Origin: Candidatus Moraniibacteriota bacterium
GTDB lineage: Bacteria; Patescibacteriota; Minisyncoccia; Moranbacterales; DUUL01
DNA: 64,000 nucleotides
Direction of reading: 5' to 3'
Assembly: GCA_041583775.1 (NCBI GenBank)
Contig: JBFHFF010000002.1
Span: 274-64,273, forward strand
Made by a program: the position numbers and the translations under genes. Below the pieces are notes generated by a model. That model saw only the letters and a program-made list of their open reading frames with translations, had not been told where the DNA came from and did no database searches. Shown here one piece after another: positions 40,729 to 50,216 of the stretch. The stretch's first letter is position 1. The number at the start of each line of letters is the position of its first letter.

Positions 40729-41427
40729 ATGAATAAAAAGAATACTGTTATATACAAGACTCATACACTAATTATTTCTGATTTACACCTTGGCTCGAAA
40801 GTAAGCCGTAGCAAAAGAGCTGTAACATTTCTAAAGAATTTTCAATTCAAAAAACTAATTCTACTCGGTGATATTTTTGAAAAATTAGATTTCACACATC
40901 TTCGAGAAAGCGATTGGGAATTTCTTTCATTAATCGGAAAACTTTCTAAAACTAAAAAAATAATTTGGGTCGAAGGCAATCATGATCAAGGAATCGCGAA
41001 AATTTTTATAGGACCAACTAAGGTTAGAGTAAAAAAAGCATATTATTGGAAATATCAAGGTAAAAAATATCTGGCAATGCATGGTCATCAATTTGATAAT
41101 TTTTTAGTTGAAAATGCATTTCTCGGTTTTATCGCCAATCAAGCATATAATGCCATTCAAATTATTGACTTTAGAGACAAAAGAGTTAGCCGTTTTATTA
41201 AAGGAAAAAGCAAGGGATGGCTTCGACTTTCAGAAAAAGTGGCTAAGCGAGCAACTCTCTATGCTAAACTTCAAGGTGTTGATTATATGTTCTGTGGACA
41301 TACCCACAAGACTCTACAGAAAAAGTTTGGTAGCACTCATTATTATAATTGTGGTTGTTGGACTGATGTTCCTTCTGGATTCATCACAATTGACAAAGAT
41401 GCTATAAAAATAAATAAATATTTCTAA
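40729..41427 (+). CDS. Metallophosphoesterase (LpxH-like family)
   Basis: SDLHLG, LLGDI, GNHD, HGH, CGHTH. Confidence 0.85.
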   Translation: MNKKNTVIYKTHTLIISDLHLGSKVSRSKRAVTFLKNFQFKKLILLGDIFEKLDFTHLRESDWEFLSLIGKLSKTKKIIWVEGNHDQGIAKIFIGPTKVRVKKAYYWKYQGKKYLAMHGHQFDNFLVENAFLGFIANQAYNAIQIIDFRDKRVSRFIKGKSKGWLRLSEKVAKRATLYAKLQGVDYMFCGHTHKTLQKKFGSTHYYNCGCWTDVPSGFITIDKDAIKINKYF

Positions 41428-41543
41428 TCAAATAGCCACACATAATGTTGTTCTATTAAACAAGGTTATTGCCCTTAATTATAGACACTAAAAGTAAATG
41501 CCAGCTTCTTTTCATAATCTTATAATTTTGCTATAGTTTCGCT

Positions 41544-42638
41544 ATGAAAAAAACAACTTCCATAATAGAGAAGTTCGGTTGGAAAAAATATTCTCAAAAT
41601 TTTTTCCAACCCACACTTCTTAATCAAGAAGAAATTGCTCGTGTAAAAATAGAAAATAAATCAAATTACACTCTACAATCAAATGCTGGCGAGCTTGAAG
41701 GTTTTTTGCGTGGAAATTCTTTATACAAAAACGAAAAATCCTCCGCTTTGCCAAAAGTTGGGGATTGGGTGAAGATAGAAAAATTACCAAATGAAAAAAG
41801 GGCTATTATAAAAGAAGTTTTTCCGCGAAAATCAAAACTTGCACGAAAAGAAAAAATGGATTCAACAAATGAACAAATTCTGGTCACAAACATAGACACT
41901 GTTTTTATTGTTCAGGGATTAGATGACGACTTTAGTCTAAGAAGATTAGAGAGATATCAGTCAATTGCGAAAGAAGGTGGGAATGATTCTGTTATAATCT
42001 TAAACAAAATAGATTTAGTCAATGATTATGAGAAATATTTTAATCAAGTCAAGGAAACTTTTCCCGAAACAAAAATCTTAACCCTTAGTGCAAAAAACTC
42101 TTTCGGAATTGATAAACTTCAAGAGTCTATATCCCCCTTTGAAACTGTTGTTTTTGTGGGATCTTCGGGAGCTGGAAAATCTACAATCATCAACAAACTT
42201 TTATTAGGGGAGGTGCAAGCGACTCAGTCTGTAAGAAAAGATGATTCCAAGGGTCGTCACACAACTACCCGCCGTGAACTGTTCATTCTAAAAAACGGTG
42301 GAATTGTAATTGATACACCTGGAATGAGAGAAGTTGGAATCAATACAACGAAATCTTTGGATATTTCATTTTCTGACATAAAGGCCTTAATAAAAAACTG
42401 TAAATTTACTAAATGTGATCACAACAAAACAGAAGGTTGTGCAGTAAAAAAAGCAATCAAAGATGGGGATCTCGATCAAGAGCGCTATAAAAATTTCCTT
42501 AAACTTGAATCCGAAATAGAAAGAAATGAAATGAAAAAAAGTTTTTCATACAATAAAGAGAGGAAACACAAAAAGAAGACTATCTCCAAAGCAATTCGTA
42601 AATTAAAAAAACATACTGACGGTTATTTTGATTTTTAA
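41544..42638 (+). CDS. rsgA: Ribosome small subunit-dependent GTPase A
   Basis: VGDWV, NKID, GSSGAGKS, GRHTT, DTPG, CKFTKCDH...GC. Confidence 0.93.
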   Translation: MKKTTSIIEKFGWKKYSQNFFQPTLLNQEEIARVKIENKSNYTLQSNAGELEGFLRGNSLYKNEKSSALPKVGDWVKIEKLPNEKRAIIKEVFPRKSKLARKEKMDSTNEQILVTNIDTVFIVQGLDDDFSLRRLERYQSIAKEGGNDSVIILNKIDLVNDYEKYFNQVKETFPETKILTLSAKNSFGIDKLQESISPFETVVFVGSSGAGKSTIINKLLLGEVQATQSVRKDDSKGRHTTTRRELFILKNGGIVIDTPGMREVGINTTKSLDISFSDIKALIKNCKFTKCDHNKTEGCAVKKAIKDGDLDQERYKNFLKLESEIERNEMKKSFSYNKERKHKKKTISKAIRKLKKHTDGYFDF

Positions 42639-42747
42639 CAATAATCAACTCTGACCAAACGATACATTTACATATTTTGCCTAAAACTCACATAGGCTGA
42701 AGTTTTAGTTAAAGTTAATAGTTTCATTTATTAATAACTTTGTTATA

Positions 42748-43133
42748 ATTAAATCGAAAGAAGATTGTGCCAAAATTTCCATCGAAACTGAAACATCTAC
42801 GGTTCTTGACAATATACAAGAGAATTTACAAAATGCAATTGCTGGTGAAAATCATGAACAAGAATCAATGTATCCCAAATTTGCGAAGATTGCGAAAGAA
42901 AAAAATCTACCTAAAATTGCAATTCGTCTCCGCTCAATAGCAATGGCAGAAAAAAATCATGAGGATAGATATAAAAAAATTTACAGAATCTTGAACAAAA
43001 AAATGTTTTTAAAAAATTAGATGAAGTTATCTGGCAGTGCAGGAAGTGTGGTTACTCTAGAGTTGGAAAAAATACACCTAATATGTGTCCTTCCTGCTCA
43101 CACCCACAAGCCTATTTTGAAGTTAAAAAATAA
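42748..43133 (+). pseudogene. rbr: Rubrerythrin, 5'-deleted and frameshifted
   Basis: ENLQNAIAGENHEQESMYPKFAKIA...AEKNHEDRY, frameshift at A7 (42973..42979), then WQCRKCGY...CPSCSHPQAYF*; no start codon or N-terminal half. Confidence 0.85.
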
Positions 43134-43142
43134 TTAAAATAT

Positions 43143-43532
43143 ATGACAAAATTAAACCAAATTTATAAATGTGAACTTTGTGGAAACATTACTGAAGTTC
43201 TACACGCAGGTGCTGGAGAATTAGTTTGTTGTGAAATCCCGATGACTCTCCAAGAAACAAAAACAACAGAAGAAGGAAACGAAAAACATTTGCCAGTAAT
43301 AGAGACTACCCCCTCAAAAAACAGAGTTAAAATAAAAGTAGGTGAAGTCCCTCATCCAATGGAAGACGCTCATTATATTGAGTGGATTGAAATTAAAACA
43401 GAGAGTGGCTTAATTGAAAGGAAATTTTTGAAATCAAGCAATTTACCAGAAGTTGAATTTGAAACAAAAGAAAAAATAATTGAAATTAAAGAATATTGCA
43501 ATATTCATGGTCTTTGGAAGAAAATTCTTTAA
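43143..43532 (+). CDS. dfx: Desulfoferrodoxin (2Fe superoxide reductase)
   Basis: YKCELCGN, LVCC, EKHLP, HPM...HYIEWI, CNIHGLW. Confidence 0.93.
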   Translation: MTKLNQIYKCELCGNITEVLHAGAGELVCCEIPMTLQETKTTEEGNEKHLPVIETTPSKNRVKIKVGEVPHPMEDAHYIEWIEIKTESGLIERKFLKSSNLPEVEFETKEKIIEIKEYCNIHGLWKKIL

Positions 43533-43545
43533 TGCAAAACTCTCC

Positions 43546-43588
43546 AAATAAAAAACAAAACCGCTTTAAGTGGTTTTGTTTTTTATTT
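43546..43588. terminator. Bidirectional terminator
   Basis: AAATAAAAAACAAAACCGCT...AGTGGTTTTGTTTTTTATTT. Confidence 0.8.
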
Positions 43589-43626
43589 CAATTTATTTTT
43601 TAAATTATAAAATGAAATTTGACCCA

Positions 43627-44412
43627 TTAATTATACTCTTCTTTTAAAGGAAATCTATTTGTATCATTCCTTTGCTTTAACATCTCCTCTTTATTCCTTG
43701 GCGCTCCCTTCTCTGGCCTTCTCAATCTTTTTATGCCAACTGCAAAAAAATGATTATCCGCATTTTTTTCACCAAAAACTACTATTTTTTCATGTTTTAC
43801 TAACTGAACATTTTGATCAATTTTTGTTTCTCTTGAATAATCAACTGTCCAATTTTCTTGCATTGGATCTTTGATAAATATTTCCGATTCGTTGAGTTCA
43901 ACTATCTCCCCAACTAAAACACCTTCCTCTGGTATAAATAATCTTCTTTCTTTATTTAATTGCATCATAACGGGGTTAGGTCCCTTTTTAAAAAATTCAT
44001 TTTCGAATTGCTCATTCATTCTAGAAAAATGAGCTGTAACTCCCAAAATAGAAACTATTAATAAAATAATACTAGCAACAAATAGTAAATTATATCTATA
44101 GCCAGTTTTCGTTTTTTGAAATATTAGAATCCCGGAAACAATACAAATAGCAAAAGAAAAGATCCACAAATAAGGAGCTGTGCGAATTAAAATACGAAAA
44201 AAATCTCTAAACTTAAAAAATCCAAATACTTCCGGACCAAAAAAGGTTGCGTCTAAAATAATAAAAGAAAGAAATGCTCCTGACAACAAAACTATGACTG
44301 ATAAAATAAGCCAGTAAATATTATTAATTAGATTTATTTTCCATTTTTTTGTCGGTTTTATTTTATCTTTTTTTATTTTAGCTATAATCAATTTGGAAAA
44401 ATCTTTTTTCAT
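43627..44412 (-). CDS. Putative anti-sigma factor, paralog of 34929..35657
   Basis: KIKKDKIKPTKKW, PYLW, TKTGYRY, GVLVGEI shared with the paralog. Confidence 0.65.
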   Translation of the reverse strand: MKKDFSKLIIAKIKKDKIKPTKKWKINLINNIYWLILSVIVLLSGAFLSFIILDATFFGPEVFGFFKFRDFFRILIRTAPYLWIFSFAICIVSGILIFQKTKTGYRYNLLFVASIILLIVSILGVTAHFSRMNEQFENEFFKKGPNPVMMQLNKERRLFIPEEGVLVGEIVELNESEIFIKDPMQENWTVDYSRETKIDQNVQLVKHEKIVVFGEKNADNHFFAVGIKRLRRPEKGAPRNKEEMLKQRNDTNRFPLKEEYN

Positions 44413-44424
44413 AATGCTAATTTA

Positions 44425-45012
44425 TTATTTTAAAATTATCTTTTGTTCCTGCATTTCATCTCTAATTAAACTCCTTCCTCGACTAATAAGAGTTGCTATA
44501 GTTCCTTTTGGCTTCTTGATAATGTCCATAATCTCTTCATAACTTTTTTCTTCAATGAACTTTAAGATAAAAACTTCTTTATACTTAAATGGCATATTTT
44601 CAATAATTTTCTTAACTTTTTCTATATCTTCAGTGATTGTAAATTCTTTTTCCAAATCAATTCCTGAACGAAAAATTTTCAAAAACTCATCTTCTTCTAA
44701 GCGGGCTGACTGTGGTCTGGTGTGTTTTCTACGAATCGCATCGAAAGTTGTGTTCCTAGCAATTCTATAAATCCAGGTAGAAAACTCAAAAGATTTATCA
44801 AATGCATTTAAATTTTTATATACTTTAATAAAAGTATCTTGCACAATATCCTCAATATCTTCCTGGGAAAAATATGATATTCTTCTAACGAAAGAAAAAA
44901 GTTTTTTTTCATACCTAACAACCAACTCTCCAAAAAAATCTGGTTCGCTCTTTGATAACTCAACCAACTGATCATCCGTCTTGTCTTTAAGGGCTTCTTG
45001 CATTGCTTGCAT
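44425..45012 (-). CDS. ECF RNA polymerase sigma factor
   Basis: EDIEDIVQD, FSTWIYRIA, SYEEIMDIIKKPKGTIATLISRGR. Confidence 0.92.
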   Translation of the reverse strand: MQAMQEALKDKTDDQLVELSKSEPDFFGELVVRYEKKLFSFVRRISYFSQEDIEDIVQDTFIKVYKNLNAFDKSFEFSTWIYRIARNTTFDAIRRKHTRPQSARLEEDEFLKIFRSGIDLEKEFTITEDIEKVKKIIENMPFKYKEVFILKFIEEKSYEEIMDIIKKPKGTIATLISRGRSLIRDEMQEQKIILK

Positions 45013-45037
45013 TATTTTTTTATCGTCTTTAACTTAT

Positions 45038-45064
45038 ATACGAAATTTAACATTTTTGTTTGCA
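45038..45064 (-). promoter_or_regulatory. Putative autoregulatory ECF promoter
   Basis: Minus strand TGCAAAC-N15-CGTAT about 25 bp upstream of the sigma start. Confidence 0.55.
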
Positions 45065-45173
45065 TTTTGAAAGTGTGTAAAAATATTTTTCTCAAATCAC
45101 TTCTAATTTTGCTTTTTTATTTTTCGAAATTTCTATGCTAAAGTATATAAGTTAAAACATCTATTCAATAATT

Positions 45174-46049
45174 ATGTCACATAATCACACCCATTCAGAA
45201 AAAAATATTGGCTTCGCTTTCTTTTTAAAATTATCCTTTACTTTTATTGAACTTTTTGGGGGATATTTAACCAACAGCGTTGCTGTCATTTCAAACGCGC
45301 TTCACGACCTTGAGGATGCTGTTTCATTGGGAACGGCATGGATTTTAGAAAAAGTTGCAAAAAAAGAAAGTACTGCTCATTTTTCTTATGGCTACAAAAG
45401 ATTTTCCCTTCTTGCCGCTCTTATTAATGCAGTAATTCTTTTAGTTGGGTCTGTTTTTTTACTTGCAGAGGCGATTCCTAGACTTTGGACACCTGAAGAA
45501 TCGCACGCCCAAGGAATGATTTTTATAGCAATTATTGGAATGATTGTTAATCTAATAGCAATTAAAAAAGTTTCGAAAGGAAAAACTCTAAATGAAAAAA
45601 TAATTTCCTGGCACCTCATTGGTGATTTTCTGAGCTGGATAGCGGTTTTTATTGTTAGTATAACAATATTTTTTGCCGAGATTAGAATCCTGGATCCCAT
45701 ACTTTCAATTGGAATAACTCTATATATTTTCTGGGGGGTTGGGAAAAATTTAAAATCAACTGCTCTTCTTTTTCTACAAGCTACGCCTGATTCACTGGAA
45801 ATCAAAACCATCGAGGAGCGATTAAAAGAGGAGGCTCTCGTTGAAGATGTCCACAACACTCACCTTTGGTCTCTTGACGGAGAAAGTCATGTCCTCAGTT
45901 CACATATTGTAGTTGACTGTAAAACTAGTCAAGAAAAAATTATGCATTTGAAAAGAAAATTAAAGGAAAAATTAAAAAAAGAAAATATACAATATTCTAC
46001 TTTAGAAATTGAATTTAATAATGAAAATTGTAAAAAATTTAAAGAATAG
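45174..46049 (+). CDS. Cation diffusion facilitator (CzcD-like)
   Basis: His-rich N-terminus, ALHDLED, SYGYKR, HLIGD, LDPILS, HLWSLDG. Confidence 0.9.
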   Translation: MSHNHTHSEKNIGFAFFLKLSFTFIELFGGYLTNSVAVISNALHDLEDAVSLGTAWILEKVAKKESTAHFSYGYKRFSLLAALINAVILLVGSVFLLAEAIPRLWTPEESHAQGMIFIAIIGMIVNLIAIKKVSKGKTLNEKIISWHLIGDFLSWIAVFIVSITIFFAEIRILDPILSIGITLYIFWGVGKNLKSTALLFLQATPDSLEIKTIEERLKEEALVEDVHNTHLWSLDGESHVLSSHIVVDCKTSQEKIMHLKRKLKEKLKKENIQYSTLEIEFNNENCKKFKE

Positions 46050-46260
46050 ACTTCCTCTTCCCTTTTCTAAAAAATTCGGCTACACTAGACGGAGTTATTA
46101 AAAACACTAGGTTTCTGTCTACAGTTTGAAATAACCTGCAATAAATAAATTTCTAAATTGAATATTTTATTGTTTGTTTTTATTTATTATTTTTAAACAA
46201 AAATTTATTTTAAGGCGCTTTTTAAAAAACAAGGGGCTTACAATAAATATGATATAGTTT

Positions 46261-47712
46261 ATGGGAAGAGAAGAAGTAGCGGTAAGATTTAATTCAGTGT
46301 CTTTTGAATACAATCGAGACAAAAAAATACTCGATGAAGCATCTTTTGCAATTCGACCTGGTTCTAAAATTACCATTATGGGACAAAACGGAGCTGGGAA
46401 AAGTACAATCTTAAAACTTATAACTGGAGAATTAAAACCAGAAAGTGGAAGTATTCATGTTTCAAGTGGTTTAAAAGTTGCATATGCAAAACAAGTTATC
46501 CCCCAAGAACAAATGGAATTAACTGTTACTGAATTCTTTGAAAAATGTTTTAATGAAAAGATCTATGCAATTTCTCCAAAAATTGATAGCGTTCTTGAAA
46601 TTGTAAACCTAAATGCATCACATGATAAAAAGATTAAGGATTTTTCTGGCGGTCAACAAGCAAGACTTCTTCTTGCATCAGCTCTAATTCAAGACCCTGA
46701 TTTATTGATACTTGATGAACCAACAAACAACCTGGACCCGGAAGGAATTGGTCATTTAATGTCTTTTCTGATGTGCTATGAAAAAACTTGTATCGTAATA
46801 TCACATGATGCAGACTTTTTAAACACTTTCACTGATGGAGTTCTTTATCTTGATATCTTTACGCAAAAAATAGAACAGTATGTCGGAGATTACTATACAG
46901 TAGTTGAGGAAATAGCAACGAGAGTTGAAAAAGAGCAAAGAAAAAATGCTCAATTTGAAAAGAAGATTCGTGATAATAAAGAAAAAATTAATTACTTTGC
47001 AAACAAGGGTGGTAAAATGAGGCTTGTAGCAAGAAAAATGAAAGACGAGGTTGCAAGAATGGAAGCCGAAAAAGTTGCTGTCAGAAGAGAAGATCAAAAA
47101 ATTCGTGACTTCAAAATTCCAGCTCAAGATGATTTACTTGGGAAGATAATTAACATTTCCTCTTTTACGATTATGCAAAATCATGAAATAATTAAAAAAG
47201 AAGCAAATATCTCACTTAAGAAAAAAGAACACCTACTGCTAAAAGGACCTAACGGTATTGGAAAAACAACTTTACTAGAAAAATTGGCGAGCGGAAAATC
47301 AGAGGGAGCAAAAATTAAAGAAGGGGTTCGTGTTGGATATTATAGACAAGATTTTTCAACTTTAAACTTTGATGAAACTGTTCATGACTCGCTAGAAGCA
47401 ATAATGGAAACAACAGATGAACAATTATTAAGAAAGGTTGCGTCAAGCTTTTTAATTGACCAAACAATTATTCATGCAAAAATTGGATCCCTTTCGGAAG
47501 GACAAAAAGGTTTGGTAGCTTTTGCAAGGTTGGTTCTCCAAGAACCAGGACTATTAATTCTCGATGAACCAACGAATCATATCAATTTTAGACATATCCC
47601 TATAATTGCCAAGGCACTTGACGAATACACGGGAGCGATGATTCTTGTCAGTCATGTTCCAGAATTTGTAGAGCAAATTAGAATTGATCAAACACTTGAT
47701 TTGGAGAATTAG
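46261..47712 (+). CDS. ABC-F family ATPase
   Basis: Two NBDs (GQNGAGKS, GPNGIGKT; LDEPTN twice), no TM. Confidence 0.9.
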   Translation: MGREEVAVRFNSVSFEYNRDKKILDEASFAIRPGSKITIMGQNGAGKSTILKLITGELKPESGSIHVSSGLKVAYAKQVIPQEQMELTVTEFFEKCFNEKIYAISPKIDSVLEIVNLNASHDKKIKDFSGGQQARLLLASALIQDPDLLILDEPTNNLDPEGIGHLMSFLMCYEKTCIVISHDADFLNTFTDGVLYLDIFTQKIEQYVGDYYTVVEEIATRVEKEQRKNAQFEKKIRDNKEKINYFANKGGKMRLVARKMKDEVARMEAEKVAVRREDQKIRDFKIPAQDDLLGKIINISSFTIMQNHEIIKKEANISLKKKEHLLLKGPNGIGKTTLLEKLASGKSEGAKIKEGVRVGYYRQDFSTLNFDETVHDSLEAIMETTDEQLLRKVASSFLIDQTIIHAKIGSLSEGQKGLVAFARLVLQEPGLLILDEPTNHINFRHIPIIAKALDEYTGAMILVSHVPEFVEQIRIDQTLDLEN

Positions 47713-47720
47713 ATTTCAGT

Positions 47721-47755
47721 AAATAAAAAACCTGCGTTATGCAGGTTTTTTATTT
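47721..47755. terminator. Bidirectional terminator
   Basis: AAATAAAAAACCTGC-GTTAT-GCAGGTTTTTTATTT. Confidence 0.85.
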
Positions 47756-47769
47756 TATGCAAATCAACA

Positions 47770-48603
47770 TTATTCTCTTATTAGTTTCGAAAAATTTGGA
47801 CTATCTGCAAATTTTTCTGCTCGCTCATTTATGTAAAATTTTTCTTTTGCATCTTCAAATGAAAGTTTTGTATCGAATAAACCCAACTCATATCCCAGCT
47901 TATCTGAATAACCAGGCGCTAAAACCCTAAAATCAAGAGGTATTTTTTTTGGTGAAATTTTATTCACATGTTGTAAAATTCCTGTTGTACAGGTATTTGT
48001 TATTGTGTTATAAAATTCTGGTTTACTTTGCAATTTTTGAGCCTTTTGTACCATATCCAAAAATAAAATTCTAATTTTTTCCTGATTTGCTTTTATCGGA
48101 TATATATAAACATCGTCTTTTCTGAAATTAGAACGCAATTTTACAACATCATTTTCATCAGCGATAACATACATAATCTCATATTGATTTAATAATCCCT
48201 TCCAAGCAGAAAACTCCTCCCCTTTTTCTTTTCGTATTTCAATAGAAACTGCTATATATTCACCATCTTCGAATCCAAAACTCAAAAAGGTGTGTGCTGC
48301 CCCATCCCATTCTGAAAATGGCTCAAGAATGAAATCAACGCTCTTAATTTTATTCAAATCGAAACTTTTATTATAATAACCTTTTTCATACTCTGTTTCT
48401 GATTTATATTTAAAATTTCTTATGTTTTCAATTTCAACAAAATTACCTTCAATCTTTATTTCTGGAAGAATTTCCTGATCAATAGCCCAGTCCCTCTCGT
48501 TTGAAGGCTTTTGAAGTCCTAAAAAAATTAATACTGTTAAAAAAACAATAGTAATTGCCCAAAAAACTTTTTTATTATTTCCCTTAAACTTTTTTTCACT
48601 CAT
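47770..48603 (-). CDS. DUF4105-family protein
   Basis: PSNERDW, AHTFLSFGF, SIEIRKE, FYNTITNTCTT. Confidence 0.85.
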   Translation of the reverse strand: MSEKKFKGNNKKVFWAITIVFLTVLIFLGLQKPSNERDWAIDQEILPEIKIEGNFVEIENIRNFKYKSETEYEKGYYNKSFDLNKIKSVDFILEPFSEWDGAAHTFLSFGFEDGEYIAVSIEIRKEKGEEFSAWKGLLNQYEIMYVIADENDVVKLRSNFRKDDVYIYPIKANQEKIRILFLDMVQKAQKLQSKPEFYNTITNTCTTGILQHVNKISPKKIPLDFRVLAPGYSDKLGYELGLFDTKLSFEDAKEKFYINERAEKFADSPNFSKLIRE

Positions 48604-48714
48604 TTTCTAAATAAATAACTTCTATTCTAAATTAGAAACTCCAAAAAATAAAAGAGAAACCATGTAAAAAAACGCTCTTTTATCTCATTTAAATTTATTT
48701 TTTTATTTCAACCC

Positions 48715-48987
48715 CTATCCTTCCTCTCCTTCCTCGAAAATAATTTTTTCCATACTCTGGTCCAAATCATTCAAAATTTCATCCTTACTCCTTAACGGAC
48801 TGTCTATTTTTATTTTATTTTTGATTTTTTCTGCGTTTTCTTTTTCAATATTACTTAGGTCAATTTTTGCTGCCATTTCTTCTGCAAGCCTGTTTTTTTT
48901 ACCACTATAGACAAGCGCAACACTAGAAGTCGCAGCTGTTGCAACTACCAACCAAATTATTACAATTGTTAAGATTTTACCTTTCAT
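48715..48987 (-). CDS. Small membrane-anchored hypothetical protein
   Basis: N-terminal hydrophobic helix, co-oriented with upstream gene. Confidence 0.6.
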   Translation of the reverse strand: MKGKILTIVIIWLVVATAATSSVALVYSGKKNRLAEEMAAKIDLSNIEKENAEKIKNKIKIDSPLRSKDEILNDLDQSMEKIIFEEGEEG

Positions 48988-49007
48988 AGTTACACATTTT
49001 TATTAGA

Positions 49008-49667
49008 TTATTCAATTTCTCTTCCTTGTTTATTTCTATCCAATGCATCCTCCAAATTATCTCTAAATACATTTTTATAGAAACTTACCAACTCTTCCTT
49101 TTTTTCTTTTGCTTGGTTGAAAACATTACCTATATTGCCAGGGTCTTCATTTTCATCTCTTTGAAATAATAAAAGTTTATTTAGATGATCTTGATATAAA
49201 GTCTCTATTTCTTTCATTTTATTTTCTAAATCTAAAGAATTACTAGACAATTCCTCAATATCCGTTCCTTCAAGTTTCAATTGAGAAACAGTGCTTGTTA
49301 TGATATTCTTAGCAACTCTCAATCTCATTTGATTCTTTTCAAGAGCGGTTTTTGCTTCCATAATCCTTTTTTCCAATTCAACTTGATCAATCGCTTCTAC
49401 CCTACCACCATTTTCCATTTGAGAAAAATTATTAGGCCCTTGATTTGACATTTGTCCTGCTTCACCATTACCATCAATTGGTTTATTTTGCATAAAAACT
49501 GCCTTTTCTTCTTCACTCATATTTTCCATCTCACCTGGAGAGGGTTGAATTGGCATAGCATTTGCAATTGAAAAAGCCATAATGCAAACCACCATGATTA
49601 ATAAACCTAATATTGAAGACTGTACTTCATTTAGTTTTTTTATTTTTTTCCTATCGGCAACTTTCAT
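49008..49667 (-). CDS. Secreted/anchored coiled-coil hypothetical protein
   Basis: N-terminal TM, low-complexity linker, helical C-terminus. Confidence 0.65.
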   Translation of the reverse strand: MKVADRKKIKKLNEVQSSILGLLIMVVCIMAFSIANAMPIQPSPGEMENMSEEEKAVFMQNKPIDGNGEAGQMSNQGPNNFSQMENGGRVEAIDQVELEKRIMEAKTALEKNQMRLRVAKNIITSTVSQLKLEGTDIEELSSNSLDLENKMKEIETLYQDHLNKLLLFQRDENEDPGNIGNVFNQAKEKKEELVSFYKNVFRDNLEDALDRNKQGREIE

Positions 49668-49785
49668 TTTTATTTTAATTACATAATAATGTCTTTATAT
49701 TAACACACAATCAATAAAAAATTAAACAACCCCAGACTCAAAAAACAGTTTTTTATATAAACTATTTAACAATTAAATTAGAAAC

Positions 49786-49814
49786 TTGCCAAAATCCAAT
49801 AGTTCTGCTACAAT
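49786..49814 (+). promoter_or_regulatory. rpsO promoter
   Basis: TTGCCA-N17-TACAAT with extended TG. Confidence 0.7.
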
Positions 49815-49836
49815 GCTTTTATAATATATTGAATTA

Positions 49837-49903
49837 GCTTTCCTGCTCGAAGTTGAACAATTTTTTATTCAGTGGTTGCATAGCAACGCTACGACAGGAC
49901 GGT
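49837..49903 (+). ncRNA. Putative S15 leader (three-way junction)
   Basis: TCCTG/CAGGA and TCG/CGA closing stem enclosing TTGAA/TTCAG and GTTGC/GCAAC hairpins, about 10 nt before the rpsO ATG. Confidence 0.55.
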
Positions 49904-49912
49904 AACAAACTC

Positions 49913-50179
49913 ATGCCTCTAACAAAGAAGCCTACTAAAGTTGCGAAGACTTTTAAACGACACGAAAAAGATTCTGGTTCTGCAGAATTTCAAATCGCTT
50001 TATTCACAGAAAAAATCAAACAACTAGTGGCTCATTTACAAACCAATCCTAAAGACAAACATTCTCGAAGAGGTTTACTAGGAATGGTCTCTCAGAGAAA
50101 AAAAATGATGAAGTATTTAAAAAATACCAACGAAGAAGTTTATACTAAAGTCATTAAAAAGCTAAACCTAAAAGGCTAA
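49913..50179 (+). CDS. rpsO: 30S ribosomal protein S15
   Basis: DSGSAEFQIA, HL...KDKHSRRGLL; ATG at 49913 gives 88 aa. Confidence 0.95.
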   Translation: MPLTKKPTKVAKTFKRHEKDSGSAEFQIALFTEKIKQLVAHLQTNPKDKHSRRGLLGMVSQRKKMMKYLKNTNEEVYTKVIKKLNLKG

Positions 50180-50216
50180 CCAAAGCCTTTTTTGGTTTAA
50201 ATTTTAAAATAAAATA

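Noticed and set aside
40729-41427. lpxH as evidence of lipid A synthesis
   Set aside because: Only generic metallophosphoesterase motifs; no other lpx genes in the window
49853-49912. 20-aa N-terminal extension of S15 from TTG
   Set aside because: ATG 49913 gives the normal length; the region is better explained as a structured leader
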